Shown here piece by piece: positions 37,705-52,163 of a stretch of DNA of 64,000 bases. Under the pieces are notes generated by a model, which ran no database searches, had not been told where the DNA came from, and saw only the letters and a program-made list of their open reading frames with translations. A program made the translations under genes and the position numbers. Numbering within the stretch: position 1 is the stretch's first letter; every line of letters starts with the position of its first letter. Where the stretch lies: the NCBI GenBank assembly GCA_012295275.1, contig CM022678.1, positions 8,432,001 to 8,496,000 of the forward strand, read 5' to 3'. The stretch is from Chrysomallon squamiferum (Eukaryota; Animalia; Mollusca).

Positions 37705-38202
37705 TACAATTATAATAATACTCGTTTGCGTATATTTGTGATATTGTATTATTTTTATTCATATCTCTTTTGTGTACACCTGAATGAATCTGACATATAT
37801 AAACTAATTAATTAAATATATTATAATATATAGTACATATTTCACTAATTGACTAATCTAAACATACTGTTTGTTTCTATGCGTGAAACAGAGAGGAGTT
37901 CTTAAGTGTTTGACAATGTCAGGTTCATTGAACTGACACAAGAGAGAAATGATTAAAAATAAAATAACATCACAAATACACGCAAACTATAAGTATAACT
38001 GTCACTTGTAAATTTAATAATTTTATCTTGTAAACTAATTCTGGATATATATCTATATATGATTATATTATGTATGTATGTATGTATGTATGTATGTATG
38101 TATGTATGCATGTATGTATGTATGTATGTATGTATGTATGTATGTATGTATGTATGTATGTTCAAAAAACGAAACAAAGGTAGCTAATATATAGAGGGAA
38201 AA

Positions 38203-38262
<60 letters not shown>

Positions 38263-38701
38263 GCCTACGTGACTAAAAACATGCGCTATCTTCGTGTCCT
38301 GTTTTTCATTGCTATTCATTATTTATATATTTTACAAAAAAAAAAAAGACATCGATTACCGCCTGTATATAACTATAGAAGCTTATACAAGTTCTATTTT
38401 GGTTGTAGAAGTTTATTATCTTTATCTGTTGTCCAACAAACCTGTAAAGCGGGTTTCACTTCATGACAAGATGAAAAAATTGTGACGGTTTTATTCAGAG
38501 ACGCTATTCTCATTTTTTTACCTGAACAAAGTCAAAGATTTCATTATGTCATTTTGACCTATACTTTCCTGTCCTGCTCTCATACACAGCTTGATATTAC
38601 GTTATATTTAAGAAGCAATATATATATATATATATATATATATTTATTTTTATTTCATTTTATTATTATTATTATTATTATTATTGTTGTTGTTGTTGTT
38701 G

Positions 38702-38753
<52 letters not shown>

Positions 38754-39047
38754 GATTATTATTATATTTTAAAGTAACAAAGAAATAAATGTTCGATTCG
38801 ACGAATTCAGTAGTTTGCTTAATTACAATAATACATCGTCGTGTAGACTTGAACGTTCACTGCGGATCCACTAAGTATTTCCACGTCACATCCAGTACCA
38901 GTGAAAACCATCGATGTTTTATCCTTGGACGTTTCTCTTTGAAGCGGGTTTCCTCTCAAGACATTGTTCAGATAAAGTTAGCAGTTGTTAATAAGTTGTT
39001 AATAACCATATTTTGTACCAGTTATATTCTACTACTGCTAGTACTAT

Positions 39048-39131
<84 letters not shown>

Positions 39132-39319
39132 AAGGCCACTCTGTAAATTAATTAAACTCATTCTATAATCACGTATTAAGCTATGCATTATGAAGCAGTG
39201 AATAAACAGACAGGTAAACTCATGTTTGATCTGTATAAAGGTTTCAGCCTCCACTATTCTTGGGTTTAACGAATAATACATTTCAGATGGCCATGATCAC
39301 AACTAGCTGCCTTTTGGTG

Positions 39320-39364
<45 letters not shown>

Positions 39365-39424
39365 CATTATTATTATATTAAATCAGCGAAAACCAATGCT
39401 TCCCGACTAGTATACCAAACACAC

Positions 39425-39521
<97 letters not shown>

Positions 39522-39889
39522 ATTATTATTTAACACTTCTTATTTTAAATCCAGTAGAAAGGAAGTATCTAATAATAAATCAATTAGATTGAAACTGAAA
39601 CTTGGCAACATGTCAAACAAACATAGAAAAACACGGATACTATGTTATATTTATATATAATAATATAATATAAATATATATAGAGAAAAAAAAATAGAAC
39701 TTTCTCTCATAATTGATAGATAGATAGATATATATATATATATATAGTGATCGAAAAAGCATTCTGCTGATTGTCAGGGTCAGGTTTCCAACAAGAAAAT
39801 AACAGCACGCAAAAAATAATGAATGAAGACAAAACAAAAAACAAAAACGCGTGTTTCATGGCAAGAAAAACAAAAAGTGGTCGCGTGTT

Positions 39890-40885
39890 TCTCAGTGGTC
39901 AGTGATGTTGTCTCAGTGGTCGAGTGATGTTGTCTCAGTGGTCGAGTGATGTTGTCTCAGTGGTCGGTGTATCGTTGTTGTCTCAGTGGTCGAGTGATGT
40001 TGTCTCAGTTGTCGAGTGATGTTGTCTCAGTGGTCGAGTGATGTTGTCTCAGTGGTCGAGTGATGTTGTCTCAGTGGTCGAGTGATGTTGTCTCAGTGGT
40101 CGAGTGATGTTGTCTCAGTGGTCGAGTGATGTTGTCTCAGTGGTCGAGTGATGTTGTCTCAGTGGTCGAGTGATGTTGTCTCAGTGGTCGAGTGATGTTG
40201 TCTCAGTGGTCGAGTGATGTTGTCTCAGTGGTCGAGTGATGTTGTCTCAGTGGTCGAGTGATGTTGTCTCAGTGGTCGAGTGATGTTGTCTCAGTGGTCG
40301 AGTGAGTGATGTTGTCTCAGTGGTCGAGTGATGTTGTCTCAGTGGTCGAGTGATGTTGTCTCAGTGGTCGAGTGATGTTGTCTCAGTGGTCGAGTGATGT
40401 TGTCTCAGTGGTCGAGTGATGTTGTCTCAGTGGTCGAGTGATGTTGTCTCAGTGGTCGAGTGATGTTGTCTCAGTGGTCGAGTGATGTTGTCTCAGTGGT
40501 CGAGTGATGTTGTCTCAGTGGTCGAGTGATGTTGTCTCAGTGGTCGAGTGATGTTGTCTCAGTGGTCGAGTGATGTTGTCTCAGTGGTCGAGTGATGTCT
40601 CAGTGGTCGAGTGATGTTGTCTCAGTGGTCGAGTGATGTTGTCTCAGTGGTCGAGTGATGTTGTCTCAGTGGTCGAGTGATGTTGTCTCAGTGGTCGAGT
40701 GATGTTGTCTCAGTGGTCGAGTGATGTTGTCTCAGTGGTCGAGTGATGTTGTCAGTGGTCAGTGGTCGAGGTCGATGTTGTCTCAGTCGAGTGATGTCGA
40801 GTGATGTCTCAGTGGTCGAGTGATGTTGTCTCAGTAGTCGAGTGGTGTTGTCTCAGTGGTCGAGTGATGTTGTCTCAGTGGTCGA
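39890..40885. repeat. 22-bp minisatellite (GTCTCAGTGGTCGAGTGATGTT), about 45 copies
   Basis: Directly visible homogeneous tandem array. Confidence 0.97.
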
Positions 40886-41106
40886 ATGATGTCTAAGAAG
40901 TGTGGTGGAATGGATGTCACACTTTCCAGTCTCGTCAGCGACATCAGACTTTGTGAGTGCACTTCTGTGCTAGTGCGCTCCAGATTAGAATCAGACGTAC
41001 AAGACACAGTATATTCATTCCTAAATGTATACATACATGCATACATATATCCATATAGGATACATTTTATATACACAATGGTTTGTTCGGTACACAATAA
41101 TACAGT

Positions 41107-41224
<118 letters not shown>

Positions 41225-41553
41225 ACAAAGCATACAAGATAAAATTCGTGTAGGATGAGAGAACGATAGATAGAAAAGGAATATAAGATATGAAGTGTCA
41301 GAATGAAAAAACAATATGGGAGATAGAAGCTGTAGAAAGAAAACAAACAAAAATAATTAGAAACAAAAGAACGAAAGAATAAAAATAATAATAAATAAAA
41401 TAAATTATATAACCGGCGGTTTGGAAAATAAGATGAGATTTTTGACGTCATGGGTATTCATTTGAAGGTCACTGTAAGTTCAAGTTGACGTCACACTTAT
41501 ACAATGTACTCCAGTGTAATAATGTCCCTACTTTATTTTGTTTTACGTTTTTG

Positions 41554-41652
<99 letters not shown>

Positions 41653-42071
41653 GTCATTATAAGATTAACTGCCTTTGCTGTTATAGCGAAACATGTTCAC
41701 CAATAAAGAGCTACCATACAGACACTGACAAACACACAAACGTACACACACACACACTGAGGAACCTGTGGTTGGTTTAAAAAAAAAAAAAAAAACAAAC
41801 AAAGACCTAGCTAATAGTCGACATCCGAATAAATCGTAACTATAATTTACAAAGGAAAAATAGCAGCAACTACAGCATAAACTAGTTCTGGATAAATAGT
41901 CTAAACAGCTAGATCTTTTTTTAACAAATAAAATATTTAAAACGTAGGATCAACGAATATACAGTGGGGTATATATGTTAATCATTAAAGTATTTTTAGC
42001 TACTTCTGTTTGCCTATCTGGTTCAATGCACGCGCGCGCGCACGTCACGCACATCACACACACATATAAAC

Positions 42072-42125
42072 AAGGGCTGTAACGATACAGACTCGTATTA
42101 CGATATAAGAACCTCGATACGATAC
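42072..42125 (+). mobile_element. Isolated hAT-like terminus (AGGGCTGTAACGATAC plus iterated CGATA motifs); inverted copy at about 58038-58095
   Basis: The terminal motif and repeated CGATA subterminal words resemble small hAT elements. No matching second end or TSD. Confidence 0.4.
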
Positions 42126-42263
42126 ATTTCAAAATGAAATTAATATTTTTATTATTCAGACAGACAAAGTATGCATTACATTCCATTGTAAATGAAATCG
42201 GTTAACGTTTTTCTTTCTTTTTTTTCTAAGTAATTTATTGCATATATATATAATTACAACACA

Positions 42264-42345
42264 AAGAAAAATGGCGGCAAGCAAGATGATAAATCACGAA
42301 TTTGCGATCCTCTTGCAATTTACCGAGCGCCATTTTGGCGACATT
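42264..42345. promoter_or_regulatory. Opposed YY1-like motifs (AAAATGGCGGC ... GCGCCATTTTGG); copies at about 11785, 20015, 31865, 57800 (inverted), degenerate at 1870
   Basis: Match to the YY1/Pho core (CGCCATNTT) on both strands within 70 bp, CpG-containing in an AT-rich background. Function not demonstrated. Confidence 0.4.
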
Positions 42346-43469
42346 TTGGGTTTCCATTATGTTGTATCCTAAAGTTGTATCCTAAGCAGAAGCGATCGTA
42401 GCGACAGTATCATTATCTTAAAAACAATTCCGCATGAATTAAAAACACGTATTAAACATTTAGTACAGGCCCGAAACCAATTATTCATCTTACAGAAAAA
42501 TAAAACTGCTAGAAAAGGCCTTTAAAATTTTACTAATATGTTTGGAAAATACTGTCAGCTTTTTTAGTTTTCATTGTTCATTTTATTTTAAGTGTCGAGA
42601 TCTTCGGTGACTACATTTTGAGCGATTCATAGATAGCGATTGTCAGTTTGAGCGATGGACAATAGAGCTATTGTATTCTTTAAGTGTTTGGGAATTAGCG
42701 ATTTAAAGCGAAAGTATCTGGGAATTTTTAGAATAAATTAATTAAACTAAATTAATTTAAAAAACTGGGCATGAGTTCCGAATGTTCGAGTATTTATAGC
42801 CTAAAGAAACTGAAATAAAATACATTATTTTCTTTTTGTACATAGTTTTTAGCATTTTCCTATCACCTTTAAAACAGAAAATGCTAACGGTACATCACTT
42901 AATCTGCCAACCACAGAAATTGCTAGGCGTAGCATGTAGTCGCTCAAACGTCATTGAACAGTTCTATATTTTAAGTATATAATTATCAAGCTTTGGTCCA
43001 GAAAACGAGAAAATGCTGAACTTGGTCCCCGAGCTATATTCATACCTGGTCTGGCCTCTGTATCGGAAATAAAACCACAGAGATATCTGGTTATTACACA
43101 GTAATCCATACAAGTAATACTTAATATACAATTTTAATTCACAAATATTCTGATACTTCACCAGATTAAAAAAATAAACAAACTGGTTAATGTACGGTTT
43201 TAATATTACACTTGTAAATTAATCTTTTTTGTTGTTAATATTCATCATCCCTGAACTGACACGTTATTATGAAACACTCACAAATAATCAGTCATATATA
43301 TCTATTTGTCTTTCTACACACACACATACATACACACACACACATAGACACACACACACACACTCACACACACATATACACACACATACACACACACACA
43401 CACACTCACACACACATACATACACATACACACACACAAATAAACAGTCAGATATATCTATTTGTCTGT

Positions 43470-43503
<34 letters not shown>

Positions 43504-43521
43504 CATACACACACACTGTCC

Positions 43522-43571
<50 letters not shown>

Positions 43572-43698
43572 ACACACATACACACATATATCTATTTGTC
43601 ACACACACACACACACACAATAAACAAACAGATATATCTCTATTTGTCTGTCCACACACACACACACAAACACACACACACATACACACACACATTTG

Positions 43699-43785
<87 letters not shown>

Positions 43786-43833
43786 CACAAATAAACAGTC
43801 AGATATATCTATTTGTCTGTCCACACACACACA

Positions 43834-44033
43834 NNNNNNNNNNNNNNNNNNNNNNNNNNNNNNNNNNNNNNNNNNNNNNNNNNNNNNNNNNNNNNNNNNN
43901 NNNNNNNNNNNNNNNNNNNNNNNNNNNNNNNNNNNNNNNNNNNNNNNNNNNNNNNNNNNNNNNNNNNNNNNNNNNNNNNNNNNNNNNNNNNNNNNNNNNN
44001 NNNNNNNNNNNNNNNNNNNNNNNNNNNNNNNNN
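43834..44033. other. Assembly gap (200 N)
   Basis: Run of N. Confidence 1.
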
Positions 44034-44197
44034 TTGTCTGTTTGTTTGTTTGTTCAATTCTTTTATTTTTTTATTTGTTTGTTTGTTTGTTTGTTTTGTG
44101 TATTTCTTTATTTTTATTTGTTTGTTTGTTTGTTTGTTTGTTTATTTGTTTGTTTGTTTGTTTATTTGCTTGTTTGTTTGTTTGTTTGTGTATCTAG

Positions 44198-44628
44198 GAA
44201 CTGTCTAAGTCTGATGCTAAACACTTTGTAATTCTGTTCCAAGATGGAGGATGTCAGTACAGGGCTCTATATTCTTTCACACCTGAAACTGACGAAGTTC
44301 TCAAAATCTGTGGTGAGGGACCTAAAGAAATTACCAATAAAATGATTCATAGGTTTTGTAAGTGAGTATACATATTTAATATTTTAAACTGTCATAGTAG
44401 GTATTGCTACATAAATAAATACTTTTATAAGTAAGCACATATTTAATATATTTTTATGTCTAACATCATGTACATTGCTATATAAATAAGTAGTTTTGAT
44501 AAGAAAGTTTATTTTTATATTATTTTAAATCTGTCTCCACCTTTATAAATTTGTACATTTCTCAACATGCAGCTCATTAATATAATCTAAAATATGTGTT
44601 TGCAAATAATGTATTTACTAATTAGTTA

Positions 44629-44686
<58 letters not shown>

Positions 44687-45224
44687 GATATTGATATAAA
44701 CTGAAAATAATTAGGTGAACTTTTATACTGACCAAATGAAATTTAAGTTTTTGTGTTTGTCAGTAAAAAAAATTATAGAGCCTATAACAAGAACTTAATC
44801 AGTGGTGTGATTAGATAGTGATGATAAAAAATGTATCAATATCTAATTTCTTATTAATAAAAACCAAATACTTTATTTAGTTTTAAGTTATTTTCTCATA
44901 TTTTTTTATTTTTGTTTATAATTTATTAATTATGTCACAGAACTGACTGCTTAAGATTAAAATATTTCAGTGAATGTAAATGTGTTTTTAAGAATGCTTT
45001 CTGATTAGGAATGAGTCAATACTAATGAATTATTGTTTTACTTATTAATTACCATGTAATAAATTAATTAATGTTATTTTGTTTCTCTCACAGATATAAT
45101 TCTAGGGCTAAAAGTTCCACTGACATCAAGCAAACATTTATCTGTGTCCATTGATGCTGTTGTTATTCATAATTCTCTCTGGAAGACTGGGAAACCACCA
45201 ACAACATCAAAGAAAGTGTATTAG
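44198..45224 (+). pseudogene. CAMSAP: CAMSAP/Patronin 3' end (CKK domain): two exons, 44198-44361 and 45094-45224, frameshifted near 45128
   Basis: tag|GAA acceptor, then ELSKSDAKHFVILFQDGGCQYRALYSFTPETDEVLKICGEGPKEITNKMIHRFC(K), donor AA|gtgagt. cag|A acceptor in matching phase gives YNSRAKSSTDI, then after a frameshift SKHLSVSIDAVVIHNSLWKTGKPPTTSKKVY*. This matches the CKK-domain pattern (ILFRD.GCQFRALY...GPK.I..KMI...YKYNS....F..I..K..S.S.DA..IH..LW). The unshifted frame stops at 45152-45154. Upstream exons would lie in or beyond the gap. Confidence 0.9.
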
Positions 45225-45959
45225 GAAGACGTAGATCTCACAACACACATCAACGTCATCCTGACATCATCAGCAGTTGCAGCAGCAGTTGACTCTTTAC
45301 ATTGTTGTCATGGTTACAATTTATGATGACAAATGATTTCTACATTTTTTAATTTTTTTGCTCCTGTTCTGTTTTTTCTTTTCTTTCTTTAATATCTTTA
45401 CAATGAAAACAAAAATTTTTTTTTCACTTTTTGCAGTAGTTTGTAAAATTATTTTGTTAAATAAAAACATTTTTTTTTTAATCATGTGTTTTTCATTGTA
45501 GACCATATTGCTTCTGTGTTACATTTCCTGAATATGTGTAAATTTGGCTTTGATGATGTACATGAAGAAATTCATATCACTTCGTTTTGTCATTTTTCAT
45601 ACATTTTCATCTATTTTTCACTATACTTTGTTTCAATTCAGGTTTAATGTGCATTTTTAAAGCTACTTTAAATTTAAGTGTGCTGATTTTAAACATGCTA
45701 TTGAAACATGCTATTTAAATATGGCAATGAAACATGCTATTTAAATAAGTTAATGAAACATGCTAATTTAAATATCCTGACTAGAACATCACAGTTTTAT
45801 ACAAGCAAATTTCAACTATAAAATATTAATATGCCAATGGGAAAATGTTAATTTGAGTGTGCCAGTTAAAATATGCATATTTAAATATGCTAATTTAAAA
45901 ATATTTTTATTTATTTAAATTCCTATATTTATAATCTAGAAATGATAATCTAAAAATAA

Positions 45960-46170
45960 TTAATCCTTTTCAGAATATTCAGATCTTTAATTCATAGGTG
46001 TGAAATAAAATCTAGAATGAACCAGTGATATTTCAAATCACTGTTTGTCAGATATAGATGCAAATTTGTAATTAATCATTTTCAGAATACTGAGATCTTT
46101 AATTCATAGGGAGTGAAATAAAATCTACAATGAACCCATGATATTTCAAACCACTGTTTGTCAGATATAG
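45960..46170. repeat. Tandem duplication of about 112 bp downstream of the CAMSAP stop (putative 3' UTR)
   Basis: ttttcagaata..agatctttaattcatagg..gtgaaataaaatcta..cactgtttgtcagatatag occurs twice. Confidence 0.85.
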
Positions 46171-46809
46171 CTAGCTGCAAGTTTTTTAGATGGGAAATAT
46201 TTTTAACATGATTAATCAGGCTGCATCACAGTTTCTGCATTCAAATCTGATTTAATCTATAATAATGTGCTACTGAATATTGCTTCTCAGTTATAAATGA
46301 CTTACTTATTTAAAAAAAGAAGAGTTGTTTTTTTTATACCTGTGGAATTTTCCAGTTGTGTTTCATGATGAATTTAAGTTCTATAGTGCTAAATGTTAAA
46401 GAAAAGAAAATTTCAAAGTAAAACTTGTCTAAAAACTCATGAAAATTTCTTTCAGTAAAAAACATGTTCTGTTTTTGTTACTAGAATCTAGTAGCACAAT
46501 TTTGTTTTCTATTATTATTATTATTATTATTTTATCTTTTTATTACTGTTATTATTATTAACCAGTTTTAAGTTATCACTTTTACATACACCAAGAAACT
46601 CTAATCCTTAATAAGAGATAAATATAATATTAATATAGTAATAAAATTTGTTTCTGTACATTTCTTACAGAAACTTTTAAAGAGGGTTTGCAGAAATGAT
46701 GGGCTACCGAACTAACGTTTAATTTCACTTTTTTTACTATTTGCATTCATGATGGATGCTTAATGAATATTCATAACTGTTATGTATACATATATAAATA
46801 AGATAAGAT

Positions 46810-47311
46810 AAGTAAATAACAACACATCATACACGTGAAAAACTCTTAACACACACCTAAACAAACTCTTAAACAACAATTTAACAAGTAAATAACAACA
46901 CATCATACACGTGAAAAACTCTTAACACACACCTAAACAAACTCTTAAACAACAATTTAACAAGTAAATAACAACACATCATACATGTGTAAAACTCTTA
47001 ACACACACCTAAACAAACTCTAAAACAACAATTTAACAAGTAAATAACAACACATCATCATACAAAACTGTAAAACTGTTAACACACCTAAAAAAAAACT
47101 CTTAAACAACAATTTAATAAGTAAATAACAACACATCATACATGTGTAAAACTCTTAACACACACCTAAACAAACTCTTAAACAACAATTTAACAAGTAA
47201 ATAACAACACATCATACACGTGTAAAACTCTTAACACACACCTAAACAAACTCTTAAACAACAATTTAACAAGTAAATAACAACACATCATACACGTGTA
47301 AAACTCTTAAC
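46810..47311. repeat. 76-bp tandem repeat, about 6.5 copies
   Basis: Unit aagtaaataacaacacatcatacacgtgaaaaactcttaacacacacctaaacaaactcttaaacaacaatttaac starts at 46810, 46886, 46962 and onward. Confidence 0.95.
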
Positions 47312-47328
47312 AGCTAAAACAGGTAGGC

Positions 47329-47418
47329 AGGGGGAATTTTCACGGGGGGAAATGACCTATGGGGAAACGATGAGGGGAATGATCGGGGGAATATCCGTGG
47401 GGAATGTCCGGACACCCT
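47329..47418. mobile_element. G-rich tandem-repeat terminus (GGGGAAAT-like units ending ...GGGGAATGTCCGGACACCC), probable MULE/Phantom-type TIR; G-quadruplex-competent
   Basis: Six runs of 4-6 G spaced about 12-15 bp apart in otherwise very AT-rich DNA. Architecture resembles tandem-repeat TIRs of Mutator-like elements, and it lies 200 bp from a MULE transposase relic. Confidence 0.55.
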
Positions 47419-47619
47419 TCTAAACAGTGTTGATACCACAAGCTACTCAGTGGTAAATAATACTGATACATGCAATCCCAAAGAAAAAGTAATTCCTTAG
47501 CTTCTACTTAAGGTTTTTGAAGCGGCCAAACATCGCTTAAATTTGAGAATAATGAAAAAGAATAAACTTCTCTTATTTTGTTTGTTTATCAACAAACTTA
47601 ACTGTTAGAGCAGCGTGTT

Positions 47620-47850
47620 GTTCCAAAGTTCATGTCAACAAACTGCAGTCGTCATCCAAATACCTGGCTGTTTCTGGATGTTGTGAAAAACAGGACAATC
47701 CATCAACACTGTAACCCTGCACCAGATACTTGCCAGAGAAGCCCCACCCCACAGCGTCACGTCTACAGAGACACCACCCAGCGGCTTCAGACTCTGGTCA
47801 CAGAATACGGCAACAGAGATCGCCTGGATTATTTTGTAATTATACGTATT
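47620..47850 (+). mobile_element. Mutator/MULE-family transposase C-terminal relic
   Basis: Reads HPNTWLFLDVVK / QSINTVTLHQILA / PQRHVYRDTTQRLQTLVTEYGNRDRLDYF across two frameshifts, resembling the HPNIWKF...EQ...QI.AG..PP.R..YRD...R...LV..Y..R..LDYL tail of invertebrate MULE transposases (recognised from family knowledge, not searched). Confidence 0.7.
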
Positions 47851-48149
47851 CAATAAAATATTTGTGTGTGTACAGACTTTCACTGGAAATACATAATAAC
47901 AGCAGATATGTATTCTTTCCTGTCTACACACATTTTTAATTATACTGTTTCGATTTTGCTTCACTGCATAACAGTTCAATAGAATATGTCCATTGTGTAA
48001 TAACTATGACATCGGAAATAAGTTTAACTATATATTTACATGTAAGTTTTTTTGTTTTTGTTTTGTTTTATTTTTAAGAATCAAAGTAACCGTTTTTCGG
48101 TCAATCTAAACCAAGTATTTATAAGTTTTCTAAATTATGTGTCGTGAGT

Positions 48150-49200
<1,051 letters not shown>

Positions 49201-50136
49201 TGTCTCTGTGTTCTTTTTTTCTTCTTTTCCTTTTATTTGTTTATTTCTTTCTTTGGATTAAAAAATAAATAAATAAATAAATAAAAAACTTAACTTCATG
49301 TCTAAGAGAGAAATTTATAAAATATGTCAAACAGAATAAAAATGTAAAAGTTGAAAACTTTTTTTCCCACACGTGGGCCGACGGCCCGACGGCGCGCACG
49401 TTTTGCACGTGTTGAAACATTTCTCCCGACCCGCGGGGAAAGTGTCACAGAGATTTTTTCACATGTTGAAAATGCTAGGGATCTCCAAAACAATAATTTG
49501 TATTAGCTGTTAATAATAAATTTATAATAAATCTCAACAGTGAACTGCTTTGTTCTACACTGATATTATACACATTAATTATATTATATTATACAGACAT
49601 ACATACATACATACATACATACATACATACATAGGTGAATACATAGGTAGCTATACAGACAAAGAGATCACGAAACAATGTAAAATAGTTTTAAAATTTA
49701 AATGAAATAAACACAGAACAATTTTTTTAATTATCACAAAAATAGTTTATTACAGTTTTGATTGTACAAGTATATTACAAATATTCCAACATTATTTGAA
49801 ATAAACTATAGTTTAGATGTAAGAAAAAGAGAGAGAGAGAGAGAGAAAATGAGAAAACTTGACAAAACTTGGTGAAAATTTCAAAAGTAAATCAGAGTCT
49901 GTTTTAAAGTGAAATCTATTTTGTAATTTAGCAAGGTTAAAAACGATAAAATAATTCATAATAAATAAATAACATATTTAAAAAAAAAAAAATAAAGAAA
50001 GTAAACAAATTAACTAAATTAATTACCTTACAGTAAATAAATAACTGATTTTCTGTTTATTTACAAGAAAGAAATGTCTGTGGACTTTCAACTTCAAAAC
50101 AGTTCAGTGAAACTAACTTAGCAGACAGTTTGAAGT

Positions 50137-51569
50137 TTACTTTTTACACCACGTAAATATTTTTATTTCACTGTTAAAAAACTGTGTCACGTAGAGTTTG
50201 TTGTCATCACAACAGACACACACAAGGGTTCGGACAGTCCATCCTGGTCAGTGAGGATGTCACGTGTAATGTTACCATCTCGAGACAGCTGAACAACACA
50301 ATTTCTATTTCAACTACAAACAAAAATATTTCCCTCCCTGTCACATGTAACACCTCTCAAGTCTCTCAGTTTGTCTGAATCACGTGACTTCCATTTGACG
50401 TCACCTGATGACGTCACACAAAATAAACTGTTTTCTCTCAGTGACACAACAATCAGACATTGATCTTGAACTGTGAGAAACCACGGACTGGGGATCAAAT
50501 CTGTTGAGATAGAATTAATGAGCTGACCACTGTCTGTCAGTATGTCCAAGCACTCATTAAACCACCACCACCAGTGACCGCGAGACGGTTGCCAGGTAAC
50601 ACAGAGATAAACTGATACTTTTACCAGTTGTAATTGTTTTTATCAGTTTGAAGTTTTCCAAATTTAAAAACAATATTTTATTTTCATCTGGCAGAGCAAC
50701 GACAACAACAACATCACCCTGCTGACCACGTGACTCAGCAAGACCGCATGGACCAGTGGAAGTCACGTGTTTGTTTATCAGTGATTTTCTTTCTAAACAA
50801 AAATTTTTTTTCATTTATTGTTAATCACTACTAACAACAATTTTACTCTTGTCCTCACCTGACACCAGGATGGAAAACACAAAAGGATTTGTTTTTGAGT
50901 GTGTCTGTCTTTTGTTGTTTTTGTGTTTTCTTGTGTTTGAGTGTGTCTGTCTGTTTGTTTTTGTGTCTGTGTGTTGTGTTTTTGTGTTAATGGTGTCTGT
51001 GTGTTTGAGTGTGTCTGTCTGTTTGTCTATCTGTGTTTGTTTGATTTATTTCACCGATGTGTACAGACATTTCTTTCTTTTTTTCAGATTTTCTCAGATT
51101 TATTTTTTTTCTCATTTTGCTTTTTTTTATTTTTGTGAAAGAGATTTTGTCAGAAACTCGGAAGTTGTGTTTTGAAGTTTGGTGAATTTTGGAAGATTTG
51201 TTTTTATGTCTGACTCTGATTTTTCTTTTAACAAATTTTCACCAAGTTTTATAAATTTTTCATTTTCATCAATCAGATGTTTGTGTTCTCTGAACAATTT
51301 TTGTATTTCTGAGTTTACAAAGTTCTGAGATTTTTCTATTTCTCTTATTAGCCTGTCTTGTTCTTTGTGGACTGCGGCTGTGAAATCTGTTATTAGTGTG
51401 TTACCAATCCTTCTGACCTCTTCTGTGGTGTCCACGACGTTGATGTCGACGGCTTGGCGAAGTTGCTCAATCTTATCATCCATCTCTGTCTGAAGAATTT
51501 CTTTAAAGGATTTGAGACTCTCAGAAACAGAACTCAGAAGTGAAATGTGGTCTCCCTTTTTAGCTGAAA

Positions 51570-51649
<80 letters not shown>

Positions 51650-52163
51650 GAATTAGTATTTAGTACTACTACTATTAATAAAGACATACATACAATTTGA
51701 AGAGTTATAGAATTTATTTTATCAACTAAATGTAAAATCGGAGTAGAAAATTGTTATAGATAAAATGTCCTCTATTTCTTTATGCTGCGATGGTTAATAA
51801 ATAAAAATTTATAGTTAAATAATCACTATATCTTTTTAAATTATTTTATTGTAATCGATCTAAACACAGCTGACTCACAAAACTTTGAATGTTGTATTTT
51901 GTTAATGGCGTCCACCAGTGGCCTGTTAATAGAGAACTGAGCTGCCCATGTTTTCACTGGTTTCGTGCTATCTGGAATGTGGACATTCTGTCTGCATATC
52001 GGGCAGGAGATATGTGTGTCGTTGTTATGGTATTTTTGCTGATGTAATTTTCAAGGCATTTAGAACAGAACGAGTGTCCACATGGTAGACTTCTGGGTTT
52101 GTCGAAAACGTCCAAACAGAGCGAGCACGAAATACCGTCATCCGAGTTTGAAGCTGTTGCCAT
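50137..52163 (-). pseudogene. TRIM-like RING / coiled-coil / NHL-type beta-propeller E3 ligase gene, disabled
   Basis: Exon 52165-51879: cag|AT ATG, MATASNSDDGISCSLCLDVFDKPRSLPCGHSFCSKCLENY (C3HC4 RING), final CPICR pair out of frame, donor T|gtgagt. Exon from 51563 in compatible phase: helical coiled-coil ORF, stops near 51127, then NHL-like blades in shifting frames (VVVALPDENKILF; LDILTDSGQLI; LRGVTCDREGNIFVCS*NRNCVVQLSRDGNITRDILTDQDGLSEPLCV; EIKIFTWCKK*). Several stops and frameshifts. Confidence 0.88.

Noticed and set aside
39890-40885. 22-bp array as a CRISPR, tRNA cluster or coding repeat
   Set aside because: No spacers, no cloverleaf or B-box; the period is not a multiple of 3 and stops recur.
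40890-41020. Minus-strand signal-peptide-like ORF MNILCLVRLILIWSALAQKCTHKV* after a tag acceptor
   Set aside because: Stops after 24 codons, and the paralogue at 59211 has a 2-bp indel that breaks it.
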